Positions 54,389 to 63,500 of a stretch of DNA of 64,000 nt are shown one piece after another. The stretch comes from a virus (lineage: Duplodnaviria > Caudoviricetes). The translations under genes and the position numbers were made by a program. Numbering within the stretch: position 1 is the stretch's first letter; each line of letters opens with the position of its first letter. Location: positions 357 through 64,356 of the IMG/VR virus record IMGVR_UViG_3300009129_001283; one strand, given 5' to 3'. The notes under the pieces are model-generated. The model saw only the letters and a list, made by a program, of their open reading frames with translations. It made no database searches and had not been told where the DNA came from.

Positions 54389-54638
54389 CTTGCCACCTTA
54401 TTTCTACTTTATCATCAAGAAACTTGTTTAAGTTCTTGAAGTGTCGGAGTATTTCACTCTCGGACATCTTTTTATTCACTCTGTTGGAGAGACAGTGACG
54501 AAGCACTGAATTTACAAGAAAAGCTTTTTCTGCGTGGTAGACGCCCATCTTAACATAACAGAACCTTTTATCTTCCATGAGCTTGTCAAGGAAGTTGTCC
54601 ACCAGTTCTGTTTCGTAGTTCTCAGTTTTCATCTCCAT
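54309..54638 (-). CDS. hypothetical
   Basis: ORF overlaps the proposed amidase start by 80 nt, so one boundary is uncertain. Confidence 0.55.
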   Translation of the reverse strand: MEMKTENYETELVDNFLDKLMEDKRFCYVKMGVYHAEKAFLVNSVLRHCLSNRVNKKMSESEILRHFKNLNKFLDDKVEIRWQDGNIVYIPTDPPKHYKSRKKKTKNND

Positions 54639-55056
54639 CTTGTTTCCTGCTATCTTCCTTTTCCTGAAGCTTACGAGCTTCTATAAGTAAATAGTAGGCA
54701 TTGACGTTATTCATGGCTTCTTCCCATGTTCGGTGTTCGAATTCACGACGAACATGCTCCGGAAAGTTTTCAGAGATGATCTCCAATACTTTTTTTCTCC
54801 ATGATTTCAGGTCATCACTGTCCTCATTTTCATAGAGTTTTAAGACCTCTCCGCTGTCTCCACGGGACAGGCATCGTTCGCGCAGATCTTCCAGCCTTTC
54901 CTCAACTCTCATATCCATCTCCTTTGCAAGATTAAGAAACTCCATCTCAATCATGATGCCGATCTTAGTGAAAAAGAAGCCTACCTGAGAAAGTCCCAGC
55001 AGCCACCGTATTGAGTACCCTATAAAAAAGCACAGAAAACATAATATAAAAGTCAT
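54622..55056 (-). CDS. membrane-anchored hypothetical
   Basis: N-terminal TM; GGAG SD. Confidence 0.6.
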   Translation of the reverse strand: MTFILCFLCFFIGYSIRWLLGLSQVGFFFTKIGIMIEMEFLNLAKEMDMRVEERLEDLRERCLSRGDSGEVLKLYENEDSDDLKSWRKKVLEIISENFPEHVRREFEHRTWEEAMNNVNAYYLLIEARKLQEKEDSRKQDGDEN

Positions 55057-55067
55057 ATAAACTCCAT

Positions 55068-55117
55068 AAAAAAAGCTCGCAATACTAACATTGTAGCACT
55101 GCGAGCTCAAAAAATTA
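55068..55117 (-). terminator. rho-independent terminator
   Basis: AGCTCGCAGTGCTA/TAGTATTGCGAGCT stem followed by a T run. Confidence 0.7.
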
Positions 55118-55128
55118 AGGGAGCTTTT

Positions 55129-55773
55129 TTATTTTTTAGAAGCTTTTGCCTCTTCCTTGAGGGCGGCAATAACTTTGGCAACGATGTTCTCCATCATTGT
55201 GTCTTGCTCACTAACTTCTTTGGCGTCCTCTTCTTCGACCTTCTCTTCCTCTAGGGGAAGTTCGTCGTCTTCGGGTTCGCCTTCGGGTCCGGGAAGTTCA
55301 GGGGCATCCATGTCCATATCGTCTGGTGCCGTTTCTCCTCCGCCAAGTAACTTTTGCAATACTGCAGAAGCTTGCGAAAGAGCTGCCAAGTCCTCGTCGG
55401 AAAGCTCAACGGTTTCCCCACCTTCGTCGCCAAGGCCGTCATCAGCAGCCAACTCTTCGTCGCCGTCAGTTGGCTCCGGCAGAGGTGGCTCTTCAGCCAT
55501 TTCGTCTACTTTCTCTTCGGCTTCTTCGACTTTTTCTTCGGCTTCGGAAACTTCTTCTTCCTTGAGCTCTACTTCTTCGTCGATAGCTTCGTCTTTGGCT
55601 TCAGAAGTGGTTTCTTCTTCTTCCTCTTTAATTTCTTCCTCTTCCTTAATCTCTTCTTCTTCCTTGACAAACTTGTCGTCGATGAAGTTTTCAGAAAGAG
55701 CATCAATGTTGGCAAGCGTCATAAAGCGACGAATAGTGCCTTCATTTAAAAGTTTTTCTTTTTTTGTAGTCAT
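55129..55773 (-). CDS. highly acidic scaffold/prohead-core-like protein
   Basis: KLLNEGTIRRFMTLANI leader, many (I/L/V)-x-E repeats, late motif upstream and its own terminator. Confidence 0.6.
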   Translation of the reverse strand: MTTKKEKLLNEGTIRRFMTLANIDALSENFIDDKFVKEEEEIKEEEEIKEEEEETTSEAKDEAIDEEVELKEEEVSEAEEKVEEAEEKVDEMAEEPPLPEPTDGDEELAADDGLGDEGGETVELSDEDLAALSQASAVLQKLLGGGETAPDDMDMDAPELPGPEGEPEDDELPLEEEKVEEEDAKEVSEQDTMMENIVAKVIAALKEEAKASKK

Positions 55774-55821
55774 TTCAAAGATCTCCCTTTTTTGGTTTGT
55801 GTGGCCCACAGAGGGCAAAAT

Positions 55822-55836
55822 ACACCTATAAATAGT
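55822..55836 (-). promoter_or_regulatory. late-type motif ACTATTTATAGGTGT
   Basis: Identical to 50013-50027. Confidence 0.6.
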
Positions 55837-55870
55837 GTGCAAAGTTGCAAAAAGTACTAAAACCGATAAT

Positions 55871-56176
55871 TTATTCTTCCGAAAATGCCTTATACATCTT
55901 TTCTATCGCGGCATTTTGTATTTGTAGTATCCTGACATTGCTCAAACCCCCTAAGCGAGAAGCTGTTTCGCTGAGTGTGAGTTTGTCGCTATTTTGAACA
56001 GTTGCATACACGCAGTTATATTCTTTTCTATAGTTAATCCAGCCTCTGCATTCCTTGTTCGGGCAAGCAGTTTCGTACCTGTAGCACATGCGAGTACACT
56101 CTGGCACCTCAAAGTTGTCTATTAATTTGTTGTCGTTCACTACCAGTTCTTCGACGATATTAAATTTATATTTCAT
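55871..56176 (-). CDS. Cys-rich domain plus sigma70 region-4-like HTH
   Basis: LTLSETASRLGGLSNVRILQIQNAAIEKM. Confidence 0.7.
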   Translation of the reverse strand: MKYKFNIVEELVVNDNKLIDNFEVPECTRMCYRYETACPNKECRGWINYRKEYNCVYATVQNSDKLTLSETASRLGGLSNVRILQIQNAAIEKMYKAFSEE

Positions 56177-56531
56177 CTATGTCTTCCTCCTCGTTACTAA
56201 TAAAGTCATATACTTTGTCCAATTCCTCTTCTGTTAAGCCATGCATAAATTTTCTATGGATTTCTTTCCCCGCTTCGCGTTCCTCAATAGAGATCTTGCG
56301 ATACTTCGGATAGCTTTGAATATTCTTCTTCTCTTTCATCTCTGCAACTATCTCTATCACCCTTGGGTCGTCATCAATATAACTCTGCACCAAGGTTCTC
56401 ATAAAGGTGCTGAAACCTACTCCATCGAAAACCAACTTATTCTTGAGCTTCACATACATGTCATCGAGTGACTGGAAGTAAAGCTTCTTTGGCATGGTGA
56501 TGCGGCCATATTGTGGCTTCTTGTCTGTCAC
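56166..56531 (-). CDS. hypothetical, possible RHH-like N-terminus
   Basis: LYFQSLDDMYVKLK...FSTFMRTLVQSYI. Confidence 0.55.
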   Translation of the reverse strand: MTDKKPQYGRITMPKKLYFQSLDDMYVKLKNKLVFDGVGFSTFMRTLVQSYIDDDPRVIEIVAEMKEKKNIQSYPKYRKISIEEREAGKEIHRKFMHGLTEEELDKVYDFISNEEEDIDEI

Positions 56532-57553
56532 TGTTTCAGTCCGTTGTCCAAGATATGTGGGCGGCTCTCTATTGTCCCTGCCCCTGTCTGTCGAATAAAC
56601 TCAGCAGTCGCATGCAACTCCTTGATGCTCTTCACCCCAGAATAGGACAGGCCACTTGAAATACCAGAAACAAAATCTTTTATAATTTTTTCCACGGGGC
56701 CCTTATATGGTACGCGATGGGACACGCCCTCGACAACAGAGGCTTTGCCTCGCCAGTCTTTTTGTGCACCTTCCGATGCCATGCCGCGAAGCATCTTATA
56801 TGGCTTGCCCTTCTTATCCTTCTTGAGCTCCCCAGGAGCCTCGTCAGTACCCGCTAGCATCGAGCCCACCATCACAATGTCAGCACCTGCTGCAAGGGCT
56901 TTAACGGCGTCTCCGGAGCTCCTAATGCCACCGTCAGCAACGATGGTGAGTCCAGTGTCGGCTAGCGCACATTCTTGCACCGCTGTGAAGTTTGGAACGC
57001 CATGTCCAGTCACTATTCTGGTGCTGCAGCAACTTCCACCGCCGAGGCCAACCCGAACAGAGTCTGCTCCCCATTCTTGCAAGTCTTCACATGCCTTGGC
57101 AGTGGCGACGTTTCCCGCCATGATGTGTATATTGTTGGTAAAAATACCCCTCAGTTCAGAGATGGCTTTCCTAACATGCTCATGGTGGCCATGAGCAGTA
57201 TCAACACAAAAGAACTCGCAACCAAGAGTGAAAAGGGCCTCTGCCCTCTCCATAAAGTCTCCGGTAGCAGGTATTGCTGCGCCGCACTCTGCCTTATCCG
57301 CACGAACACGGTCAAACATGTCCACTTGTTCTTCGATGGTGTTGTAGCGATGTAGGATACCAATAGCCCCGTTGAGGTAAAGCGCCTTTGCCATATCGAC
57401 TCCACACACTGTATCCATCGGTGCGGCTATCAGCGGCACGTCTAGTTTCGTGTAGTTATCCATAACCGTTGTGGTGTCAACCTTGGTGCGGCTCTTAACT
57501 TTGCTATATTTTGGTACGATCAGCACATCATCGTATGATAAACCCAACTTCAT
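56528..57553 (-). CDS. IMP dehydrogenase/GMP reductase family protein (no CBS domains)
   Basis: YDDVLIVP, APMDTV, DTAHGH, GGGSCCSTR, ADGGIR, RGMAS. Confidence 0.9.
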   Translation of the reverse strand: MKLGLSYDDVLIVPKYSKVKSRTKVDTTTVMDNYTKLDVPLIAAPMDTVCGVDMAKALYLNGAIGILHRYNTIEEQVDMFDRVRADKAECGAAIPATGDFMERAEALFTLGCEFFCVDTAHGHHEHVRKAISELRGIFTNNIHIMAGNVATAKACEDLQEWGADSVRVGLGGGSCCSTRIVTGHGVPNFTAVQECALADTGLTIVADGGIRSSGDAVKALAAGADIVMVGSMLAGTDEAPGELKKDKKGKPYKMLRGMASEGAQKDWRGKASVVEGVSHRVPYKGPVEKIIKDFVSGISSGLSYSGVKSIKELHATAEFIRQTGAGTIESRPHILDNGLKQ

Positions 57554-57566
57554 TTGCTGTCCTTTA

Positions 57567-57583
57567 GAAAAATTTTGGGGCGA
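57567..57583 (-). repeat. dispersed intergenic 17-mer TCGCCCCAAAWTTTTTC
   Basis: 16/17 identical to 30053-30069. Confidence 0.6.
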
Positions 57584-57601
57584 TTTCGGCGGCGCAAGCG
57601 C

Positions 57602-57910
57602 CTAAGCCTCTAATAAAAGCCACCGCTCGGAAAACCCGCCTCGGTCGCGGCGTTTCTTGAGGCGTTCTTCGTCGAGGGCGGCCTGAGTATACCCAAGTTC
57701 CGTGGCCAGCGCAAGGATAACCTCATGAATGTCTGCAAGCTCCTCTACATTTGGATCTGTCAGGAACTCCGCGACCTCCTCAACGAGCTTGTTTCTTAGG
57801 TGGTAAAAATATTCCCCGTCGGTATCTACCCTTCGAAGGTAATACTCACCACCGCGCTCTTCTAGTATGTCAGGTATACCATCCCTTACGAGTTTATTAT
57901 ACTTCTTCAT
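57602..57910 (-). CDS. all-alpha NTP pyrophosphohydrolase (MazG/HisE-like)
   Basis: YNKLVRDGIP, KLVEEVAEF, EELADIHEV, RGGF. Confidence 0.85.
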   Translation of the reverse strand: MKKYNKLVRDGIPDILEERGGEYYLRRVDTDGEYFYHLRNKLVEEVAEFLTDPNVEELADIHEVILALATELGYTQAALDEERLKKRRDRGGFSERWLLLEA

Positions 57911-58395
57911 TTTGCACCGCCATCTGTGCTGCCAAGTGCACCGTCGCCTCTCTCTGAGATGGTGATGGGGTACCAGTCATATGGCTCGGCACTTGTTTCT
58001 AGGGCCCGAAAATGTACAACAGGAATCATAACTGCCTGAGCAATTTTTGTACCTGGGGTTATGACCTGTGTTTCCTTGCCAATGTTGTGGATGTTCACAA
58101 ACACCTCTCCGTCGTAGCCGCTATCAACAACGCATGCGCCGACCACAAGGCTTCTCTTTGATGCCACACTACTGCGGTTTTTAATCTCTAGCATGTAGCC
58201 ATGCGGGACGCCGAAGCGATAACCAGTCTGGAGCAATACACTTTCTCCTGGCTCGATGGGCTTGGCATCCTTCTCTGGATGAGGTAGTATACCTTCATGC
58301 TCTGGGTTGTAATACAGATCCAAGCCTGCATCGCTTGGGTTTGAGCGAGTAGGTGGCTTGACGTTCTCTCGCACTCTTTTCATTTCAATAATCAT
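57907..58395 (-). CDS. dut: dUTPase (trimeric)
   Basis: AGLDL, NRSS, VVDSGYDGE, KIAQ, RGDGALGST. Confidence 0.93.
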   Translation of the reverse strand: MIIEMKRVRENVKPPTRSNPSDAGLDLYYNPEHEGILPHPEKDAKPIEPGESVLLQTGYRFGVPHGYMLEIKNRSSVASKRSLVVGACVVDSGYDGEVFVNIHNIGKETQVITPGTKIAQAVMIPVVHFRALETSAEPYDWYPITISERGDGALGSTDGGAK

Positions 58396-59462
58396 TTTAA
58401 CTCCTTTTCAATAACAATAACAAATTCTACGTTCTTCTTTTTCTTGGCTTTCTCGGCCTTGTCTCCGCCAGCGCCGATCCTAGACATGACATGTCGGTCA
58501 TGAATCTTAGAATGAACCTTGTAACTCTTATACTGCTCACAGAGGCTAATCATCTCATCATATGAGATAAGACCCTCGTCACTATAGGAAAACACGCAAT
58601 ACTGAACTGGGAGCCTGTCCACCAACTTCTTTGTTGCGTCCAGTGCGCCCTTCGATGAATACCAAGGACTAGCCATGTTCATATCTCGCTTGTCAGAAGA
58701 CTTGACCCTATCGGCTCGTCTGTTGGTTTTTAAGCCAACCTCTGGCTTGTCCCACTTAGTGATGCTGTCCCAAATATGATAATATGTGGAATAGTCTGCA
58801 GCGGTATAAGGTGGGTCGATGTAGGCAACGGATGCTTCGGGATATTCTAACAACAGGGCATCGCCAGTAAGGTGTTCCCCTGTTGGGCCTGGAACTGATG
58901 CCAACATCTTGAACTTCATGTCTTCGCTAGAGCGTGTGCTCTTCCACTCTTTCAAATATGCTTGCTGCAGGCCAACAGTGTTGTCCACTTTGTCCAAGGC
59001 AAAGATGATACAGGCAATGAGATAGTGCTTATCCACATCTGAAACCTCTAGGGATTCCACGTAGTCTCTCGCTGCATCTGCTCTCTTGCCGTTTTTTGGT
59101 TTCCAAACTCGGACAACATTGTCATTGCCGTCCTTCGACAGTACATCACAATAATTTTCTGTAAGCCATCCCGCCTTGGGCTCAAGCTTATTCATGTTGT
59201 CGATGTGCTCCTTTAGGTGACTCATGTCTCCATTGTTGCAGATGAAAGCCTTGCTATAGGCTTCGGTGGCCCAAGCCATGTCGCTAGTTGTAACTTTGTA
59301 TCCGAGCTTCTTAAAAGACTGTGCAACTCTAGTTGTTCCTGCGAACACATCAATAAGTGTCTTATCTTTTACCTCTAGTCCCTCAATAACTTCGCAAATG
59401 AGGGGCATAATTTTATTCTTAGAGCCGAGGTATCGAACTCCGTATGTTGTGTAATCAGTCAT
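58392..59462 (-). CDS. DNA adenine methyltransferase (D12/alpha class)
   Basis: RYLGSK, DVFAGT, YIDPPY. Confidence 0.9.
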   Translation of the reverse strand: MTDYTTYGVRYLGSKNKIMPLICEVIEGLEVKDKTLIDVFAGTTRVAQSFKKLGYKVTTSDMAWATEAYSKAFICNNGDMSHLKEHIDNMNKLEPKAGWLTENYCDVLSKDGNDNVVRVWKPKNGKRADAARDYVESLEVSDVDKHYLIACIIFALDKVDNTVGLQQAYLKEWKSTRSSEDMKFKMLASVPGPTGEHLTGDALLLEYPEASVAYIDPPYTAADYSTYYHIWDSITKWDKPEVGLKTNRRADRVKSSDKRDMNMASPWYSSKGALDATKKLVDRLPVQYCVFSYSDEGLISYDEMISLCEQYKSYKVHSKIHDRHVMSRIGAGGDKAEKAKKKKNVEFVIVIEKELK

Positions 59463-59473
59463 TGTTTCTCCTA

Positions 59474-60433
59474 TTATATTTTTAATACTGCGTCAGAATA
59501 CCCGTCACCGACCGCCTGATTGCCTCGTCTTCCTGGCGAGGTGGTTCGCTTCATTTGCGGCTTGAAGCTTAAAAGCTCGCAAATTGTCTCCTTTGTCTCT
59601 TCTGTAATGTCATTAATGATACAAAAGGAGACACTCTCCGGAGACTTCTTTACATCGTTCTTTAGAAATATATGTGATTTGGCCTTCTCTTTTGCCTTGT
59701 AAAACCTAAGCACCTCGAAAGCAACTCGGTTTTTGCGGATAGAGACTTTCTTCTCTTCTGGTACGTCTTTGGTTCTCTCGTAACACTTAATAATTCTATC
59801 TCTCTGCGGCTTGATGAAATCGCAATACACAACATCGAGCATTTCCGTGACAATGTTGATATCGTCTGTCGAAAACTGGCCTGGGTGTGTGTTATATTTT
59901 GTTTCATCAAAGTTCTTTCCAAGAAACGAGTCCAAAGTTCGAGATGAGTTGTTCGCCACTCCCTTGATGCTGGCATTGTCTGCCTTTACCTCAACGTGGG
60001 GAATGTTGAAAAATGCACAGTCAATTTCTTTTGCCGATGGAGGTAGTGCTCCTCGCCAAATAGACGAACAGAGCAACTCCGCCTTTCCCGTTCCCTTGTT
60101 GTTGAGCTGGTACAGGGTTATTGCAAATCTTTTAAAGGTATTGTTGGTTCCAAGAACACTCCCTTCGCTCTCCAGATACTTAAAAAGGCAACGGCTGGAA
60201 AGAACAGATTCATCCTTTGGGTAGAGGGGGAGCCTCTCTTCGTCAGTAAGTGCCTGTAGCATCTCAACACCATCCCCTGTTTGACAATGAATGAGAAAGG
60301 CACTGTTTAAGGCGTCGTCTACCTTAGAGTGCAAAGATTCTCCGCAAAGCTTTTTCAACTTATCCCTATATGGCTCAGAAGCTTTGACCCACTTTTCGCT
60401 CTCAACTTTTAAAATTTCACTCCGGCTATTCAC
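59474..60433 (-). CDS. putative PD-(D/E)xK endonuclease
   Basis: GKAE...EID...VEVK motif; adjacent to the methylase. Confidence 0.45.
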   Translation of the reverse strand: MNSRSEILKVESEKWVKASEPYRDKLKKLCGESLHSKVDDALNSAFLIHCQTGDGVEMLQALTDEERLPLYPKDESVLSSRCLFKYLESEGSVLGTNNTFKRFAITLYQLNNKGTGKAELLCSSIWRGALPPSAKEIDCAFFNIPHVEVKADNASIKGVANNSSRTLDSFLGKNFDETKYNTHPGQFSTDDINIVTEMLDVVYCDFIKPQRDRIIKCYERTKDVPEEKKVSIRKNRVAFEVLRFYKAKEKAKSHIFLKNDVKKSPESVSFCIINDITEETKETICELLSFKPQMKRTTSPGRRGNQAVGDGYSDAVLKI

Positions 60434-60442
60434 AACTTCCTC

Positions 60443-60568
60443 CTACTCTTTATCTTTCTTACTTTTAATCTTATCAATTGTATACAGGATGCCAATTGTT
60501 ATGCTGGAAACCACTACAAAGTTTATTGCCGTGACTATCATAAGGTCGCCCAAAAATGCAAAACTCAT
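60443..60568 (-). CDS. small membrane peptide (not in ORF track)
   Basis: MSFAFLGDLMIVTAINFVVVSSITIGILYTIDKIKSKKDKE; AGGAG SD. Confidence 0.55.
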   Translation of the reverse strand: MSFAFLGDLMIVTAINFVVVSSITIGILYTIDKIKSKKDKE

Positions 60569-60576
60569 ATTCTCTC

Positions 60577-63500
60577 CTATCCCAACATCTTAAACTGATG
60601 TCGGATGCTTCTGCAGGAAAAGCCCCATTGCTCATCATACTGCAGCCTAGCCATGTAAGGGTGATTAATGGTAATCGAATCCTTACCCTCTTTTATACCC
60701 CAACATTTAATACTTGTCAAGACATTATTTTCATCTATTACTTCTACGATCCAATAAGTCTTGTCATTCTTGGTCTTTCTCGACGTGACTTTGCGCGGAA
60801 TGAACCACACAGCACCTAGCTCTGGATCGTATTCTGAGATAGGTGGCACATATCTTTCTCTCAATCTGCGGATAACCGAGTCGTTTACAACCAAGTGCAT
60901 TGGAAAGATCCCTGTTAAGTTGACCAAGTTCTCAATTCTCTCCTCATTGGAGAAGTCTAAGCCCTCGCCCTCGGACAACAAAAACTCCTCAGCCTTGAAC
61001 AAATTGTCGGCAAGATTTTTCTCCTTACGGGGTCGCTCAAAGGCAACGCAGAACCAAAAATGGCGATCTCCCTTGAAGCGGTCGTCCATCAGTGACCTCA
61101 AGGCACCTGAGCGGCACAATACGTCCAAGGCTTTCTTGTTCAGTTTGCTGTAGGTAATGTTGTCATTAAATAGGAAGTCCTCCACGTCTGTGAATGGACG
61201 GGCTCTCTCTATTTGCTCAATGGCGGCCAGTCCAAGGCCCTTGATGGAGGTGAGGGGCTGAATAAGGGTTGAGCCGTCTTCTGATATTTCCCACACTCGG
61301 CCAGAAGTGTTGATATCCAAGTTGCGGATAGCAAAGCCCTGACTCTTTGCGATGTTAATAGCTGCCTCTTTCCTGTTCTCTGGCTCCTTATCCAAGAACG
61401 CAGCAGTCCATTCGGCTGGATAATAGTTCAACAGCCAAGCACACTGAAAAGACAGTGTTGCATATGACACTGCGTGGCTAGCGTTAAAGCCGTACCCTGA
61501 GAAGAATTCCATCTTCTTCCAGATCACTTCTGCGTCTGCAAGCTGCATGCCTTTTTCGGTGCAACCCGCAAGGAACTTCTTCTCAATCTTGTCAAGCTCT
61601 CTCTTTCCCTTGCCAGTACCCTTCTTGGTCAGCAACTTTCTGAGCAAGTTGCCCTCGTCAAGAGAAACATCCTTGCCCATTTTGTGGGCGATCAAGGCCA
61701 ACTGCTCTTGGAAAATAATGAAGCCATATGTCTCTTGGAGAATTTCCTTGAGTAAAGGATGGCCATACTCAACCTCGTCAGGGTTCAGTTTCGCGGCAAC
61801 ATAGAGTTTATCCACATTGGCAGACAACGGGCCGGGTCGAAAGATGGAGGTAATAGCAGAGAGGTCCATTAAAGACTCTGGCCTTGCCGTCTTGCAAAAC
61901 TTCTGTGCGCCATCGTTGGTGAACTGAAACACCCCTGTCCACCTTCCTTCGTGAAAGATGTTCTTCCACACCTCCTGATTGTTAAAGTCTATTGTACTGG
62001 GGTGTAGCCTTTCATTGTAAAAGTTTTGGACATCCTCGAAAGTTGGTTCGGGAATTTTCATGTGCCTCTTTAGGATATGGCGGATGGCACCCTCGACCAT
62101 CCGGAGGCTAGCCAGTCCGAGAATATCAAACTTAATAAAGCCCATTGGCTCCAAGTGACGGACGTTCTGCCCCTCTGACCAAGGTGTCTGCCGTACACCA
62201 CCAGAAGCGATGATGGGCATGTACTTCGTAAGCTGCTCACCAACGAGACAACCACCAGCATGGCGAGAAGCAGAGCGAACCTGTCCATATAAGTTTAAGA
62301 CGTGGGTCTTTACATTTGGATACTTCTCCAAAAATTCTCTCAAACTATCACTATAGACCATAACCTCTTCGAACGTCGGAGTATAAACACCTGCCGTCTG
62401 ACCTCTTGCAGCTTTTGCCTTTGGGGTCGCCTCTCGCATCATCTTGCTTGTCACGTTATTGACCTCGATGAAAGGAATGCCATAGAGCTTGGAAATGTCC
62501 TTGATAAGAGAACGAAGCTGCAGCGTGTTCCAGTTGGTGATAGGCACAACTGTATCCTCGCCCCACTCTTCAATGAGCATCTCTTTGGCCTCCATAGGCT
62601 CGGAGCAGTCATAATCAATATCAGGGTAGTCTGTAGCATCTTTACGCAAAAACCTCTCGAACTGAAGCTTGTACTTAATGGGGTCAATTTGTGTAATGTT
62701 TAAAACATACGATACAAGCGACCCTGCTGCAGAGCCCCGCCCTGCGCCAACAAGCTGTTTAGATGACACTCTATCAGAAATAGCTTTCATTGTCAAGAAG
62801 TATTTACTAAAACCACGGTCAGAGATCACCTCCAACTCCATCTTAAGTCGGTTAACATACTCCATGTTCTTAGACAAGCCCATCTTTTTGAGGGCCTCGA
62901 TGCACTGAGCGACAAGGGCTCGGTCTGCAGTTTGTCCCTCTGGAACTACAAAGTCGGGTAGGCGAACAGTATTATCTGGAAAGAAGTCCTCAATCTTATC
63001 GTTGGCAATGGAGTGGGTTCTCTCGATGCTCTGTAGCACCAAGTCATCATCATATTCTACTTCGCACTTCTCTGAGTATCTCTTGTACGACTCCCACATT
63101 TGGTCGCCGTTCTTTGGGTATAATTCATAACCAACATCGTCAACGGTTTCCGGCAGCTCACGCTCCATACCTTTTCCCTTGGAGATCCAGCCTAGCTTCT
63201 TATAGAGCTCCCTGTCTTTCCAGAGGTCTGGAGATGGGTAGTGACTGTCTGCCGTTGAGATAAGGGGTACATTCATCTCTCCGCAAACCTTTATGACATA
63301 TTTGTTTATCTCATGCTGCTCCGGAATGGCATTCCACTGCAGCTCACCATACCAGTTGTCGCCGAAGATCTCAACCATGCGCTTGGTTGTTTCTCTCATG
63401 GCGGTCAAGACTGCCTCTTCGCTCTCTTCGCGGTTCTCCCAATAGTCGCCAGCGTAAATGCCGCCCATACAGGCGGATGCGGCGATGATACCTTCGGAGT

